Source: Hormiphora californensis (lineage: Eukaryota; Animalia; Ctenophora). From it: a stretch of DNA of 64,000 nt. This document shows, one piece after another, positions 44,280-56,610 of this stretch; the first letter of the stretch is position 1; each line of letters opens with the position of its first letter. The DNA is taken from the NCBI GenBank assembly GCA_020137815.1, contig CM035350.1, forward strand, positions 1,488,001 through 1,552,000. Direction: 5' to 3'. Made by a program: the position numbers and the translations under genes. The notes below the pieces were generated by a model. That model worked only from the letters and a program-made list of their open reading frames with translations, made no database searches and was not told the DNA's origin.

Positions 44280-44923
44280 CACGGTGTTCATTTTGGATCT
44301 TTACAAGCGTTGTGCTCCACCCAGAAAAAAGTTGACAAGATTAGGTCATAAAATTTCATACTTGTACTATTCTATACCCTCATTCAAGGTTCCTGGAGTT
44401 TTTGGAGCTCTAGCACCCCTGGAAGTGTGTTTTTGGCATCAAAACTACCAGAAGGAATTTTTTGCTGATGCTGAGACTTTGCTAAAATGTTTTTTGGGTA
44501 TTTTCTATGTCAATCCTAGAGTTTCATGGAGATTGGATGTGTTTTTCGGACTCAAAATTTCGTAAAAAGTGGCTGGAAAGACTCAATTTTTGCCGTTTTT
44601 GAGCCGTTTTCGAGCTTTTCCAGCTACTTTTATCGAAATTTTGAGTCCGAAAAACACATCCAATCTTCATGAAACTTTAGGATTGACATAGAAAATACCC
44701 AAAAAACATTTTAGCAAAGTCTCAGCATCAGCAAAAAATTCCTTCTGGTAGTTTTGATGCCAAAAACACACTTCCCGGGGGCCGGGGTGCTAGAGCTTCA
44801 AAACCCCCAGGAACCTTGAATGAGGGTATAGAATAGTCCAAGTATGAAGTTTCATGACCTAATCTTGTCAACTTTATTCTGGGTGAAGCCCAACGCTTGT
44901 AAAGATCCAAAATGAACACCCTG
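44280..44923. mobile_element. Tc1/mariner-type fold-back MITE between TDRD12 and MRPL3
   Basis: TA|cacggtgttcattttggatc ... gatccaaaatgaacaccctg|TA, with ~300-bp inverted arms. Confidence 0.9.
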
Positions 44924-45240
44924 TATCATTGCAGTGCATTTGTGATGTTAGAACCGTACCGGACACCGGTACAGTCTGCAGCAGTGTGATATAAAATATT
45001 GAGACATGTGAATCTGTGAAATAAAGGGAATTCTAAAAAAAGAAGAATCTCGATTAAAAGTGACCCTCTAAACATGCACACAGTTCCATACGTATAGCGT
45101 GGAGTGATTGACGCAGTGCCTATAACTGGTTTATCAATTTATCATTACTCAGTAAGGGGTCCTCTCACACAACTCGTTTATCAAAGGAATTCAGTATTCA
45201 GTTACTTTATTCTTCTCCCCGTATTCAGTAGTTACCATGG

Positions 45241-48200
45241 TTACTCCATGGCGTTTACATCGTCCTCATTGTCACTATCGTACCAGACCCGGTTACCAAA
45301 CTCCATGAATTCCAAGTCGTCGTGAGGGCAGGGTTCCTCCTCCAGCTCCTGGTCTGATTCTCCTGAGCTGCCAATACGGATCACCCTCTGGGATGAAGGA
45401 GAGGGAGAGGGGAGTTAAACCTGTTCTAGTGGGGCCATGTTCAAAGATGTTAAATAAAACTCCCCTGGTTAGCTATAACTCTATACCCACCTCTACATTT
45501 GGGTCTGGTGATGGTATCCGGGGAGGTAACTCCTCTTCCTCCTCCTCACCCTCACTGGGGGGTTCATCCTCAGAGTCCTGGGCCCTGGCAAAGTCCAACT
45601 TAATGTTGGCCCTCTTCTGACTGTCCTTGAGGAGGCCCTGCCAGGGTGATTCACCGGGTCCTTTGAACAGCCGGATAATGACTTCTGAGTGGTTCACCCA
45701 GCTCTCAATACCCTGCACCGCCCTGTACAGCTCATATCTGCAGGGGATGGGAGGTGAAACACTGCTTCTAATTGTTACGTAGAATACCAGCTAAGAATAC
45801 AATAATAACTGTCCGGTGGCGCCGGTTTGAATCGCTTAACACTGTGTCCGTGCTCCGCATGTAACATTTTTAGAAGAAAAAGAAAGTATGAACAATTCAG
45901 GCGCCCACCCTATCTAAGCGCACTTCGATTTTGAGGATCTGACAACATACCTGAATGCATAGAAATTGCCACTATTCCAGGTAGAGAACCTGAGGACAGT
46001 GTTACCCTCCTCCAGATCCAGCTCGTGCTGTCCTACATCCTGTAGTTTGATACTCAGCCCTATATACCTCCTCCTCTCATGCCAGTGTATTAGAGGGGCC
46101 TGTTGAGAGGTAGGAAGATCAGATATCCCTAATGTAATGTGATATATAGAGTTTGTTAAGGTGATACTGAGGTGCGTTTACCTTGGGTATGGCAAACTCC
46201 ATATTTCCAGGTTTATCAACCGGCTGTAGAATGTGTAGTGGGACTTGCATCATGGGCTGGGGAGGAGGGAGATTCTCAGCCTCACTCTCGCTCTCAGTCT
46301 CATCCACATCCCGGGTTAACCGGTCTCTGATCCGTTTAGCAACAGAGACCACGGCAGGACCACCGGTCTTAACCCGCTCATCTAGCCACTCCACCATACC
46401 GTGCCTCTTCATAACCGACACATCCTGAGGAGACATGACGTGAAATTATTATACTGAGAGAGAGAGAGAGAGGGGACATGACGTGAAGTTATTATACTGG
46501 TTACTGAGAGAGATTGAAGACTCCCTGGAATTGAACAAATCATAATTTCGTTCTGTTTTTAAGTTGAGTAAATAACATGTGTCTTAGACTTACATCTTTA
46601 CTCTTGAACTTATCAAGTAGTGCTATTCCAGTTTTCTTCTTGGCTCGCCTGGTAGCTCCACACAACTCTCTCAACCCCCCGTCAGTATCACTGAACTCAA
46701 CCACTATTTCGGGGTATTTGAAAAGGGTGAGCAGGTACAGCAACATTGTGTCTAGGATGTCCCCACTTGCTGAGGCGAGGAATTTCTGAAAACTCCGTAG
46801 GAAACCTAGGGAAAGAAAAATTTGGTCAGTTGGTAACACTCCATAGAATAGCAAATCAAATAGCCATGTTAACTAATGTTAATCATCTAAAGGGTTATCA
46901 CTAACCTAGTGAGCACATTTCACGTCTCATCTTCCTACAAGGTCCACTCTCCTCTCTGTCCTTACTGACAGTTATCACCTTGAGGGCATCTATCAGTGCC
47001 TCTAACTTGCACCCCTGCTCATCCTTGAATACCAGCAACTCACACAACCTCACCACCCCCTCACACTCTGATATCTGCTCCCTTGCCTCCTCCCACTTCC
47101 CTCCCACTACAGCAATAAACCTCAGAATGGAGGTATGACAGAGGGGTGACTGAGATAGTTTGGGTAGTAGGGGAGTGAGGATATCCTCAAACTCTAAAAT
47201 CTCCCAACACTCTTCAGATGTGAGATCATATCCTTCGAGGTTTTGGATTGTTCGGGAGAGGAAGTCTAGGAGTCGGGGTAGGATGGCCGTGTTGGATTCG
47301 TGTAGACGGCACAGCCGGCATACTGTGTATAGGTCCTCAAGGTGGATGGGATGGGAGGCTGTGAGGAGAGACTCCACTGCTCCCTCCGGGTCTGGGCCCT
47401 TGTACAACTGGGAGGGGGAACTAGGTGTGAACCTGATGTGTACTGCAACTGGGAGGGGAATGTGATGGAAGGGCAGCATAACTCTAAAACCTCTCAGTAC
47501 TACTACAGTACTAATAAAACTACTTATAGCGACTCTACACCGGGTTGGGAGGGGTACCTCAGTAAGTATGTCTTTGTAGTTGCTGACTGAAAGGTATGAA
47601 GTATCCATGGCAACCGTCTGCTTACACAACTCATCTTTCAGTTGGTCGTCCGGATTTTCGTTATTTTGATAGTCCAGCCTTACCACCGTCTTATCTCCCG
47701 AAACTAAAATGGTAAGGGAGTCGTGTTAGCAAAACACGACTAGAGATAAGAGAATATACTCGAGTGCCATTACAACCCCACTACCTTCCAGCCCCTTCCC
47801 CTCCCCTATCAGTACCTCCCTGGACGGTGCAGAGCATGCACATGTTGACGTCATTTATCATCACTGCCTCAGTCATCTTCTTGGTATCATTAGCAGACCA
47901 GGTGTCACCGTGAACAGGCTCTATATCACCCAACATACAATGTACCGCTTGAAATGGCAGCTATAGGAAGGGTGTGATCAGAGTGGTGCAGAGAATGGGC
48001 GACTGTTTTTATACTGCCCAAACAAGAGGGAGTAGAGGTACACTTGAACATGTTGTTATACTGCCATGCAAGTTTTGATTCTACTACTGCCCAAACAAGA
48101 GGGAGGTATACTTGGACTAGAAACACAGTACTGGTACTACAACTTGCCCCACAAAAGACTGCACTTTATATGGGGCATGACAACTGACAAGGTACAACAG

Positions 48201-51200
48201 AGTTTAGTTACCACGGCCAAGTCAACTGGTAGACGCCTCACACAGTCAACAGGGACGCCCATCTCTTTGTTTCCGTAGTCTACATAGCGTATATCATAAC
48301 TTGCATGACTCATTCTCTCCACCACTCCTCTATACCATCTGAAATAGGGAGGGTCACATGTGGAAATACACTCATCATATCCACTACAAATATGTCGGTG
48401 TGTTTTGCTCGTTAACATTAACCACCCTCTCTACTTATGCCATCCCATCGTTTAGCTAACATTATAACTGTTACCTTTGGTCCTTTTTGTAACGAGCAAG
48501 ACAGAGTGTGTCCACGGGTAACCAATCAGGGCTAATTGACTTCCTGAATGTCTCGTCATTTAGCTGGTCGTCAATATCAAACAAACTGTAACAATGGTAA
48601 GTCATGGAAACCACTACAGCAGCAGAACCCAATATTGATTGAGACTGTCAGCCTTGAAGAAGAAGAGACTGTCAGGATGCCCCTCTTGTTTGGAGTTTAC
48701 TTTATTAGTACCTCTCCTGTTTGCTGGCTAGTTGCACGTAGAATGAGTGTGGGTTGTTAATCTGGGATACAATGACAGGAATTCTCTCCCCATCCCCTAG
48801 ATCCTCTACTCTACTCTCCATGGGACCAACTTCTTCTGGCAGGAATCCTTTCTCCACCAACACTCGCAACCGTCGTGTGTGCTGTAAAAAGAACGGGTGT
48901 ATACGTGTGCTAAAGAACAAGTCAGATATAGTTTCTAAGTTTCGTATACCCAATTGAAGCATCCCCCGCTAGCACCCCCCCTTTATGACATTCATCCTCC
49001 CCAATTATACTTACATCAGTAGTATCCCCCCATTCATGACATTCATCCTCCCCAATTATACTTACATCAGTAGCATCCCCCCATTCATGACATTCATCCT
49101 CCCCAATTATACTTACATCAGTAGTATCCCCCCATTCATGACATTCATCCTCCCCAATTATACTTACATCAGTAGTATCCCCCCATTCATGACATTCGTC
49201 CTCCCCAATTATACTTACATCAGTAGCATCCCCCCATTCATGACATTCATCCTCCCCAATTATACTTACATCAGTAGCACCCCCCCTTTATGACATTCAT
49301 CCTCCCCAATTATACTTACATCAGTAGCATCCCCCCATTCATGACATTCATCCTCCCCCCAATTATACTTACATCAGTGTTCCGTTCTCCATACTGTTTG
49401 TCAAGTATCATCTTCTTGACGCTCAACTCTGAGGACCTCAGTTTCAGTTGTTTTAGGGTGCATCTCTTCTCAAGACTCCTCACCCAGATACACCCATCTA
49501 GGGCGAGTTCTATCGTTCCCTCAAGCTCCTCCCCAATCAGACGGGCTTGTAAGACCTCCCGGAGAGGGGCAGCAAAATGCCGGTCCCCTTCTATTGGGAC
49601 TATCCCACAGACAATTATCTCTGTAGCCAGGAAGGTGTCCGATGCTGTGGGAGAGTAGAGGAAGTGTTAAAGGGAGAGGAGTCAATAGTTAATAGCAGGT
49701 ATATTTTAACGAAAAAGTACACAAGGACCTCCAAGAAGGAGGTGAGTGGTAAAGATCAAATTTACCGTATCTCCGAGGGAAATGGTGTACCCTGTCTATC
49801 TCCCACATCCCTTCCTCTCCTGTGTCCAACAAGAATGCCCGAACTCCCTTTACTCGTCCATCCACCTTTACCACCTCCCTAACTCGACCTCTGAAGTTGG
49901 GTGTTAGAACAATGTGGTTAGATGGCACAGTCGACATGACAGGAACCATCATCAAATTAGGATAAAACTTGTGGGGCTCATACCATATAGGTTAGGTAGA
50001 TCAAGATAAAAAGTGTCTATGGGGCTAGTTTGTATACCTCAGTATCGTATCGTTGGGGTTACGGATTCCCACAACCAAGTTCGCTGTTTTCCCAAAATCC
50101 TCAAGCAACTTTTCAGGTTCAAGGGTTTTGTACCGGTCACACACCTCAGTGTACTTCTCTCCGTAGGATTGGAACATCTCATCTGCATTCTTATAGTGAG
50201 TGCTACCCGGTGCCTCAACCCGGACCAGCCGCCCGTAGAACCTGTTACCGTCTGCTACTGCTGTTATTTTAACCTGATAAGGAGTGTAATGATAAATGCT
50301 AATACCAACATACAAGATATACAAGATAAGTCGTTACTGTCATGGTGAAGGCAGCAATCACAAACACACACCTTAACTTTACCCTCCTGTGGTAGGGTCA
50401 GAGATTTGACATCGTGTCCGGGGTAGTCCGATTTGAGGACAAGATGTCGGTTTGGACATTGCACCAGAGAGCAATCCCCGTACTGTTTTAGCAGGGTACA
50501 AAGTGGCTTACTTGCCATTCCCTCTTGCTTCTCTCTCTGAAGTTAGACGTGGGTTAGTAGAGCCAGAGGGGGGGGGGGGGGGGGGGGTTGGAGATTCCCA
50601 CGCTTCGAGTTACAAGTTGATATCACAGTTTCCAGCAATCATTTTAAATAGTTCCCGTACCTCTCCCGCTGTAGCAATGGCTTGCAAGTTGGTTGGAATG
50701 TCGGCTCCATACCGCTTCAGGTATGTAACTAGGTTGTTGACATTCTGGGGGCTCTCGTCAGGAGATACTACATAGCATGAGACACAGGAATCTTCTGCCT
50801 GAATTATAGGACTGTTACCTTAACTGTGGCTGAATAATAAACCAACTAAAGTGTTATGTACCGATTTGCTATGAGTCATCCTGTGCTCGAAGAAGGACAG
50901 TCTGAAGTTTAGATCTCGTAGGGAGGCGGGCAGGTCAGCATGAATAATAACATCACACTGCTGCCGGTTAGATACAACATCTCCATCTGATATAACTGTA
51001 GGAAAATGTGAAATAGTAAAACGGCAGGAAATGTAACCTGGAAATAAATTTGTAGATTTCGACAGTGAACCGGCTCTAACCCTATCCCTCTCATGCTAGA
51101 TTCAGGGACATCGCGCGCAGTGGTATACATCAGACACCCCGCGCCCTCCACACAGCAACTCCACAAACCTGTGACATTGGCACATTTGAGGGCACTTTTA

Positions 51201-52310
51201 GAGGCGTCTCTGGTGAACACTGCCACAGATTTCCCTTTGTTTTGGAGGTTCCTCACCGTTTCCATGATCATTTCAACCTTATTTTCATCTTGGTTCACCA
51301 ATCTCTGGAGAGGGAAGTGCGAGATGTGTGAAACAAGCCGGTAAAAGAGACACGAAATGTTTGTTTATCTTGTACTGCACAGCATGCTGTTATGTATGTA
51401 GAGCAACCACCAGTACATCTAGACGGTAGAAACTTGATACTACATAGGCCAGTAACCACTTCCTTTTTATGCCAATGATGGTGTTCAAAATCGCCCAGAG
51501 TTGGAGTTTGACTTTTCACAATTAAAAATGACCAAGAAAATAAGAAAATACCTACCACTTGGACATGACTGTATAGCGCTGCATCAGTCCTGTTCTTGAA
51601 CACCATGATAGGATTATCAAGGTAACGTGATACGATCCCTGATAGAGCTGGTACCCATGTTTCAGCGTACACCGAGAACTGACACTTGTAAACGTACTCC
51701 TGGGTGAGGGGCTCCGTTAATTTTGGGGTTTCGGGAGGGTAAAGTCTATCTTGAGAGGGGAGAGAAACTCATTGGTAAGCTGCAAATTACCCTTACATTG
51801 TTTTGTCTCTCAGACTTCAGTAGCTCCAGAACCTCTGTCGTTGCAGCCCGGTGGCGTGTTGCCAAGTCATGCCCCTGGAACAATACCACACGGAGAGTGT
51901 TCTTAAAGTAGGAACTTGTCCCATTCTTGGCTAGCCGCTCTTTATGGACCAGTAGGAGGCTCTCTGGGGTCGCTATAACGATATCTTGAGGATTCCATAG
52001 TTTTGGGTCACTTCGGTCCGGGGTGAAAGCACAGGCTGTGTTTACACTGAAACAACACGAGGGATTTGGATTATTAGATCTAGTGTTGGAGGTTACTTTT
52101 TGGAGGCAGTCCCTTCAGATATTATTCAAACTTTCATCAACTACAACGTAAAACTATTTATTGAGGATGCTTATTGTATTGGGGAAATGAGCCATTCAAC
52201 TGTGGTGGCAATGCCACAGCCCCAAAAGTCACCGTGTTTTCTTGAATAATATACTCAATTCTTACTCAATGAATAATGCTTGTTATCCTTCTCTTTCATA
52301 CCCATATCTC

Positions 52311-52356
<46 letters not shown>

Positions 52357-55300
52357 CGACTAGAATATTCCGTGAATACTGAATATTTCGATTTCTTTGC
52401 TCTGTATCGGTTAATAAACTCATCTCTTTATCCTGGACTCGATTGAAATGTCTAACTTTGATTATGGAAAGGAGGCTCGGATATGGCACCTCTACATAGG
52501 TGACGTGGATGCCCGGTTATCCCACTACAGATCCACACTCCTCTCCATTTTGGAGTGTGCAAATGTAAGGACTGTGTACGACGTGGCGTGTGCCTCTGGG
52601 ATTGATAGCGTGATGCTGGTGGAGGAGGGTTATGACGTCACTAGCTCTGATGTCGAGGAGGCCATGGTGGCCAGGGCTGTCAGTGAGAAGGAGAGGAGGA
52701 GTGGTGATGCGAGGTTTGCAAAGTGGCAGATTGGGTGGATTTAGTGGAGGGAGCTACAGTAGAACACCCAGAAGGAGGGTATGATGCAATCATCTGTATT
52801 GGCAACTCGTTTACAGTTCTACCTGACTTTGAAGGAGAGGGGAAAACACACCGGAGGGCTCTTACTAACTTTATGGATCTTCTTAAACCGGGAGGCGTAT
52901 TGATTATAGATCATCGAAACTTTGATTACCTTGATTAATTCCTTATTAGAAATGAGATTATTATTTTGTCAGGACGGTACTTTTCAACGGAAGATTAATT
53001 TGAGCTGCACTGATGATGTAGTGACACTACGAAACTGTCTGTTTATGTTTGTTTGTTTGTTTGTTTGTGATTGCTGCGTCTGGAGGATGACCTGCCCGAA
53101 AGTAGTAGAGGCCTCACCGAACACGCTTATTAGGCGCCCCAGCACGTCCTCCACTCCGCCGTAGCAAGGCCACCCACCAATCAGTTTATGCAGAGCATGT
53201 TACTTCAGACGCTCCAGGAAGACCGTTGTCAACCACTGGCGACACCGAGCGGCGAAAGCCGCACGGCGTCGACAGGGGTATCACACTACTTCTGAGTCCT
53301 GGCCTAGATCAAATTCTAAGATTTATGTTAAGCTGGATCGGGCAACGTTTTGCCTTTGAGAATGTCTTGAGTTTGGGTCTGGAATCCCGATGTATACCCG
53401 GTATACCGTGGACAATTACATTAAAATGTAATAATAGATCTCAAATGCATCATCTTTTTTATTCTGTTTATGTTTTCCTGTAATATTCAGTTCTCAAACA
53501 GTTCTCAACAAACATAATTCATTGTACCCGAAACCATGCGACAGCCGATTGATCAACTTAGTAATTACTAACTCACTTGATAACCATTTGCAAATAGTCT
53601 AGTGTGTGTACTCACTTAATGGCGAACTTGAGATCGTGGTGTATGATAGTTCGACAGATAGAAACCAGTCTTTCAGCATCCTTACACGAGGGTACCAGGA
53701 TCAGAATCCTCGGCTAAAACGGTATTGAGTAACAAAAGCGGGTAACTGTGGTTACTGTGATGGTAACCATGGTTACTGTGGTTACTGTGATGGTAACCAT
53801 GGTAACTATGCGATTAAACTTACAGAAAAATGGCGAGGTAATCTGGAGAACATTCCCTTGGATAGATCGGAGATAAGAGGAACGAGGAAGGAATGTTCAT
53901 GGAACCCAGGTGGAAATACCATGACTCCATCCCGATCTGGAAATGAACAAAGTAACATTAGCGTGATGCAGAAGGAATAAAACAGAAGAAAAAAGGGGGA
54001 ATGATCAAGAAAAGAACTAACTAATTTTGTAAAGGCCCCATCCATACTGCAGGACTGGTTTCGTTACTTCTCCAGTGCCCATATTCTTCTTATACTGGTC
54101 CTCAATGAGCTTGTAATAATCACACTGTTCCAGACGTGTAACGGGACGCAGCTGCGATACACCCATTACTAGAGGTGCCAACCTGCGAGAGAAGAGTTAG
54201 AACAAAACAGCTTATTGGTAAGACTTTGGTAAGCTGTATTATTTCGTTGTAAGCATTTGGTCAATATATTATCAATCTTAAATCATAATTATCCTCCAGC
54301 AAATATAACTTACTCTGGGCCAGTTGGTCGGTTGGTTGGTAACAACTGGGAAGGAGGTCTTGACTGTATTGGAGAGGCACCTTTAGAATGCACTGGGGGA
54401 CTAGCGGGTTGATATTGTTGCCGGGCTGAAGAGAGGGGCGAGGCATCCTTGTTACCAGGGTGATTACTATTGGATGATACCAGTGGTGGCGGACCACTAC
54501 GTTTTGATGGATTGGATTTCTGTGGCGAAGGGACTGTCTTGGAGGTAGGAGTTGAACCAGATGTCTTATTATCAGGTTCAGCTGCTGCTAATACCCTTGT
54601 AGTAGGGGCTCTAGTAGTAGTGGTAGGAACTGCAGTAGTAGGAACTGTTTTGGTAGGGGTTGCTGATATCTTGGTGGTGGATGGTGCATTAGTGGTTTCC
54701 ATGGTAACGACATGTCCCTGCTCAAGCAGCCACTGGTTTAGGTTGATCAACTGAAGGGTGTAATCACGTGTTACTTAGGAGAACCTTCCCAACTCTCTAT
54801 CTCCCTCTATTTAGTGTGAACAGTTCAACCCCCACAACCCCTCTACTCAGTTGATTATACCTTGTCAGTAGGTTTCCGTCTGTAATGGAACACAGCATTG
54901 AAGGCAAACGGCTCGTGCGGCTCAGTGCACCGATCCACTATCTCACAACGAACGTGTGTTCCCTTCACAAAGTCTGTTATCTTTCGTAAGATGTCTGCTG
55001 GCCACTTGCCAGTTTCTGGTTTTATCTGAGTCATTGGAGGGAAATCAAATATTCTAAAAAGAGAGATTGATGATCCGTGGTAAGGAATGCAGCAGTTTGT
55101 GAATTATGAACAATTAATACACACCTTAGCGAACTTGAAGAGAAGGCAGGCTGGCGGCCAGAGTCCTGGTCCGAACTTGGCAGGTAGCGGTCTCAGGTAT
55201 TCCATCTTTGATCCGGTTATCATTTTACGAGTGTCAATCTGTAACGACATGAGGTTAGTATTTTTCGAGTATCGATCTGGAACGACATGGCATGATCAAT

Positions 55301-56036
55301 TACAGTTGAAAAGTGTTCAGTTGACAGTGGTCTTGTTATATATATAGCCTGCCACATACCCCCTGAGTACTGAGTGTGTAACTTACATCTCGCACAATAA
55401 TGCTTGTATCCATAATCCTTGTAAGAACGCCCCTGTTAGTTGGTCCTTCCCCGTTCTTTCTATACAGCACCAAACTACCAACACTCAACTCAGTTTTACC
55501 TGTCTGGTTAAATAAAGGGTGTCAACCAGTTACGTATTGGTATTGGAGTACAGAGAAACTAAAATACAGACTAAAGGAGGGAAGGGAAACAAAAATACAG
55601 ACTAAAGGAGGGAAGGGAAACAAAAATAGCAACACACCCCCACCTCATAGGCAGCATTGGCACAACTCTGTAGTTCATTTCGGCGGGTCTCCTCTGCCGT
55701 GGTAGGTAGGTGACATGATACCAGGTTGCTGCTATCAGGGGCCTGGACTCTCTCCTGCGGCCCTAGAACCCGCACATGCAGTCCTGTGTTTAGCACCTGG
55801 ATGGAAATTTTTGCTAGAGAATCAGATCAGATTAGCTCTCATTTAGAATAAAAAATTGAAAGAGTTAATGGGGGAGGGGTGGGGGGTACTACGAAACCCT
55901 GTCTGAGCGGGGTCCGGCACCGCCAGACAGACGAAATAAAAACAATGGGAGGGGGTGGGGAGGGGGTGCTAAAGGGAGCACTTACGGATTCGACCTTGAC
56001 CTCCACCCAGGCACCGGCTGCTAAATTACTGAGCAT
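45241..56036 (-). CDS. TDRD12: TDRD12/Yb-family piRNA factor: extended Tudor, degenerate DEAD-box helicase, further Tudor domains, ARM-like insert, C-terminal CS (p23-like) domain
   Basis: Multi-exon gene. It encodes PRILILVPS (motif Ia), DIVIATPESL, and LDNPIMVFKNRTDAALYSHVQ (resembles the TDRD12 helicase segment). It also has KITAVADGNRFYGRL, Tudor WYRGVV...YVDYGN, and CS-like PLIHWHERRRYIGLSIKL...WQGLLKD..ANIKLDF followed by an acidic tail. The stop is at 45243-45241. Confidence 0.85.
48985..49378. repeat. 51-bp minisatellite (8 copies) containing a TDRD12 5' splice donor
   Basis: Unit atgacattcatcctccccaattatacttacatcagtagcatccccccattc; on the minus strand each copy reads ACTGAT|GTAAGT. 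Confidence 0.95.
52448..52938 (+). pseudogene. GNMT: Glycine N-methyltransferase-like, intronless, frameshifted and 3'-truncated; nested antisense in a TDRD12 intron
   Basis: The first frame gives GKEARIWHLYIGD...VYDVACASGIDSVMLVEEGY. A second frame gives GGYDAIICIGNSF...LKPGGVLIIDHRNFDY, then a stop. The frameshift is at about 52723-52740. Confidence 0.8.
53010..53039 (+). ncRNA. Hammerhead ribozyme-like core (probably decayed)
   Basis: CTGATGA-T-gtagt-gac-actac-GAAAC-T-GTC; stem II is perfect, while stems I and III are weak. Confidence 0.35.
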
Positions 56037-56274
56037 TCGTCAGATCATAAAACCTGTTCAGTAAGGGGGGGATAGATCAGCTTGTGAAACCGCCCAACCA
56101 GCATCATAGACACAGAGAAAACAAATTTATCTGACGAAATAACAAAAGATTAAAACATACGGTTGTACAAAATCTGATAGGTGAGGTATTATGGGGCTCT
56201 CTCTCTGTCTCTCTCTGTTTGCCAAAACGGAAGTCGGAAGCCAGGCAGATTGCTCCTGACAAATGCACCGGCAC

Positions 56275-56577
56275 TCTACAAGTCCATGGCGGGAAGGTAG
56301 TACTGAAGTTTGATATCATCTTGTAGGAGGAACAGCTGAAGTGATCGGTTGTGCACAATGTTACAGATACTCCTGCTGTTAGCGGAGAGAGCTTGGGATT
56401 GTCCGAAAAGGAGGAGTTTCCTGATGTCCACTGTTACCTCAGCCCCCGGTCGAGATGTATCTACCTGGAATAGGGAAGAGAGAATTTAACATAATTGTTG
56501 AGACGTAGGTATCGAGCAAACAGATGATAGAGTCTAGACAGACACACAGACATACAGACAGACAGACAGACAGACAG

Positions 56578-56610
<33 letters not shown>

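Noticed and set aside
46431-46510. Short duplication that looked like another duplicated acceptor in TDRD12
   Set aside because: Those AGs give in-frame stops. The frame-compatible acceptor is further downstream (ctcctcag|GAT), so the duplication is purely intronic.
48985-49293. Plus-strand ORF of 17-aa repeats (MTFILPNYTYISSIPPF)
   Set aside because: This is the translation of a 51-bp intronic minisatellite antisense to TDRD12, with no other coding evidence.
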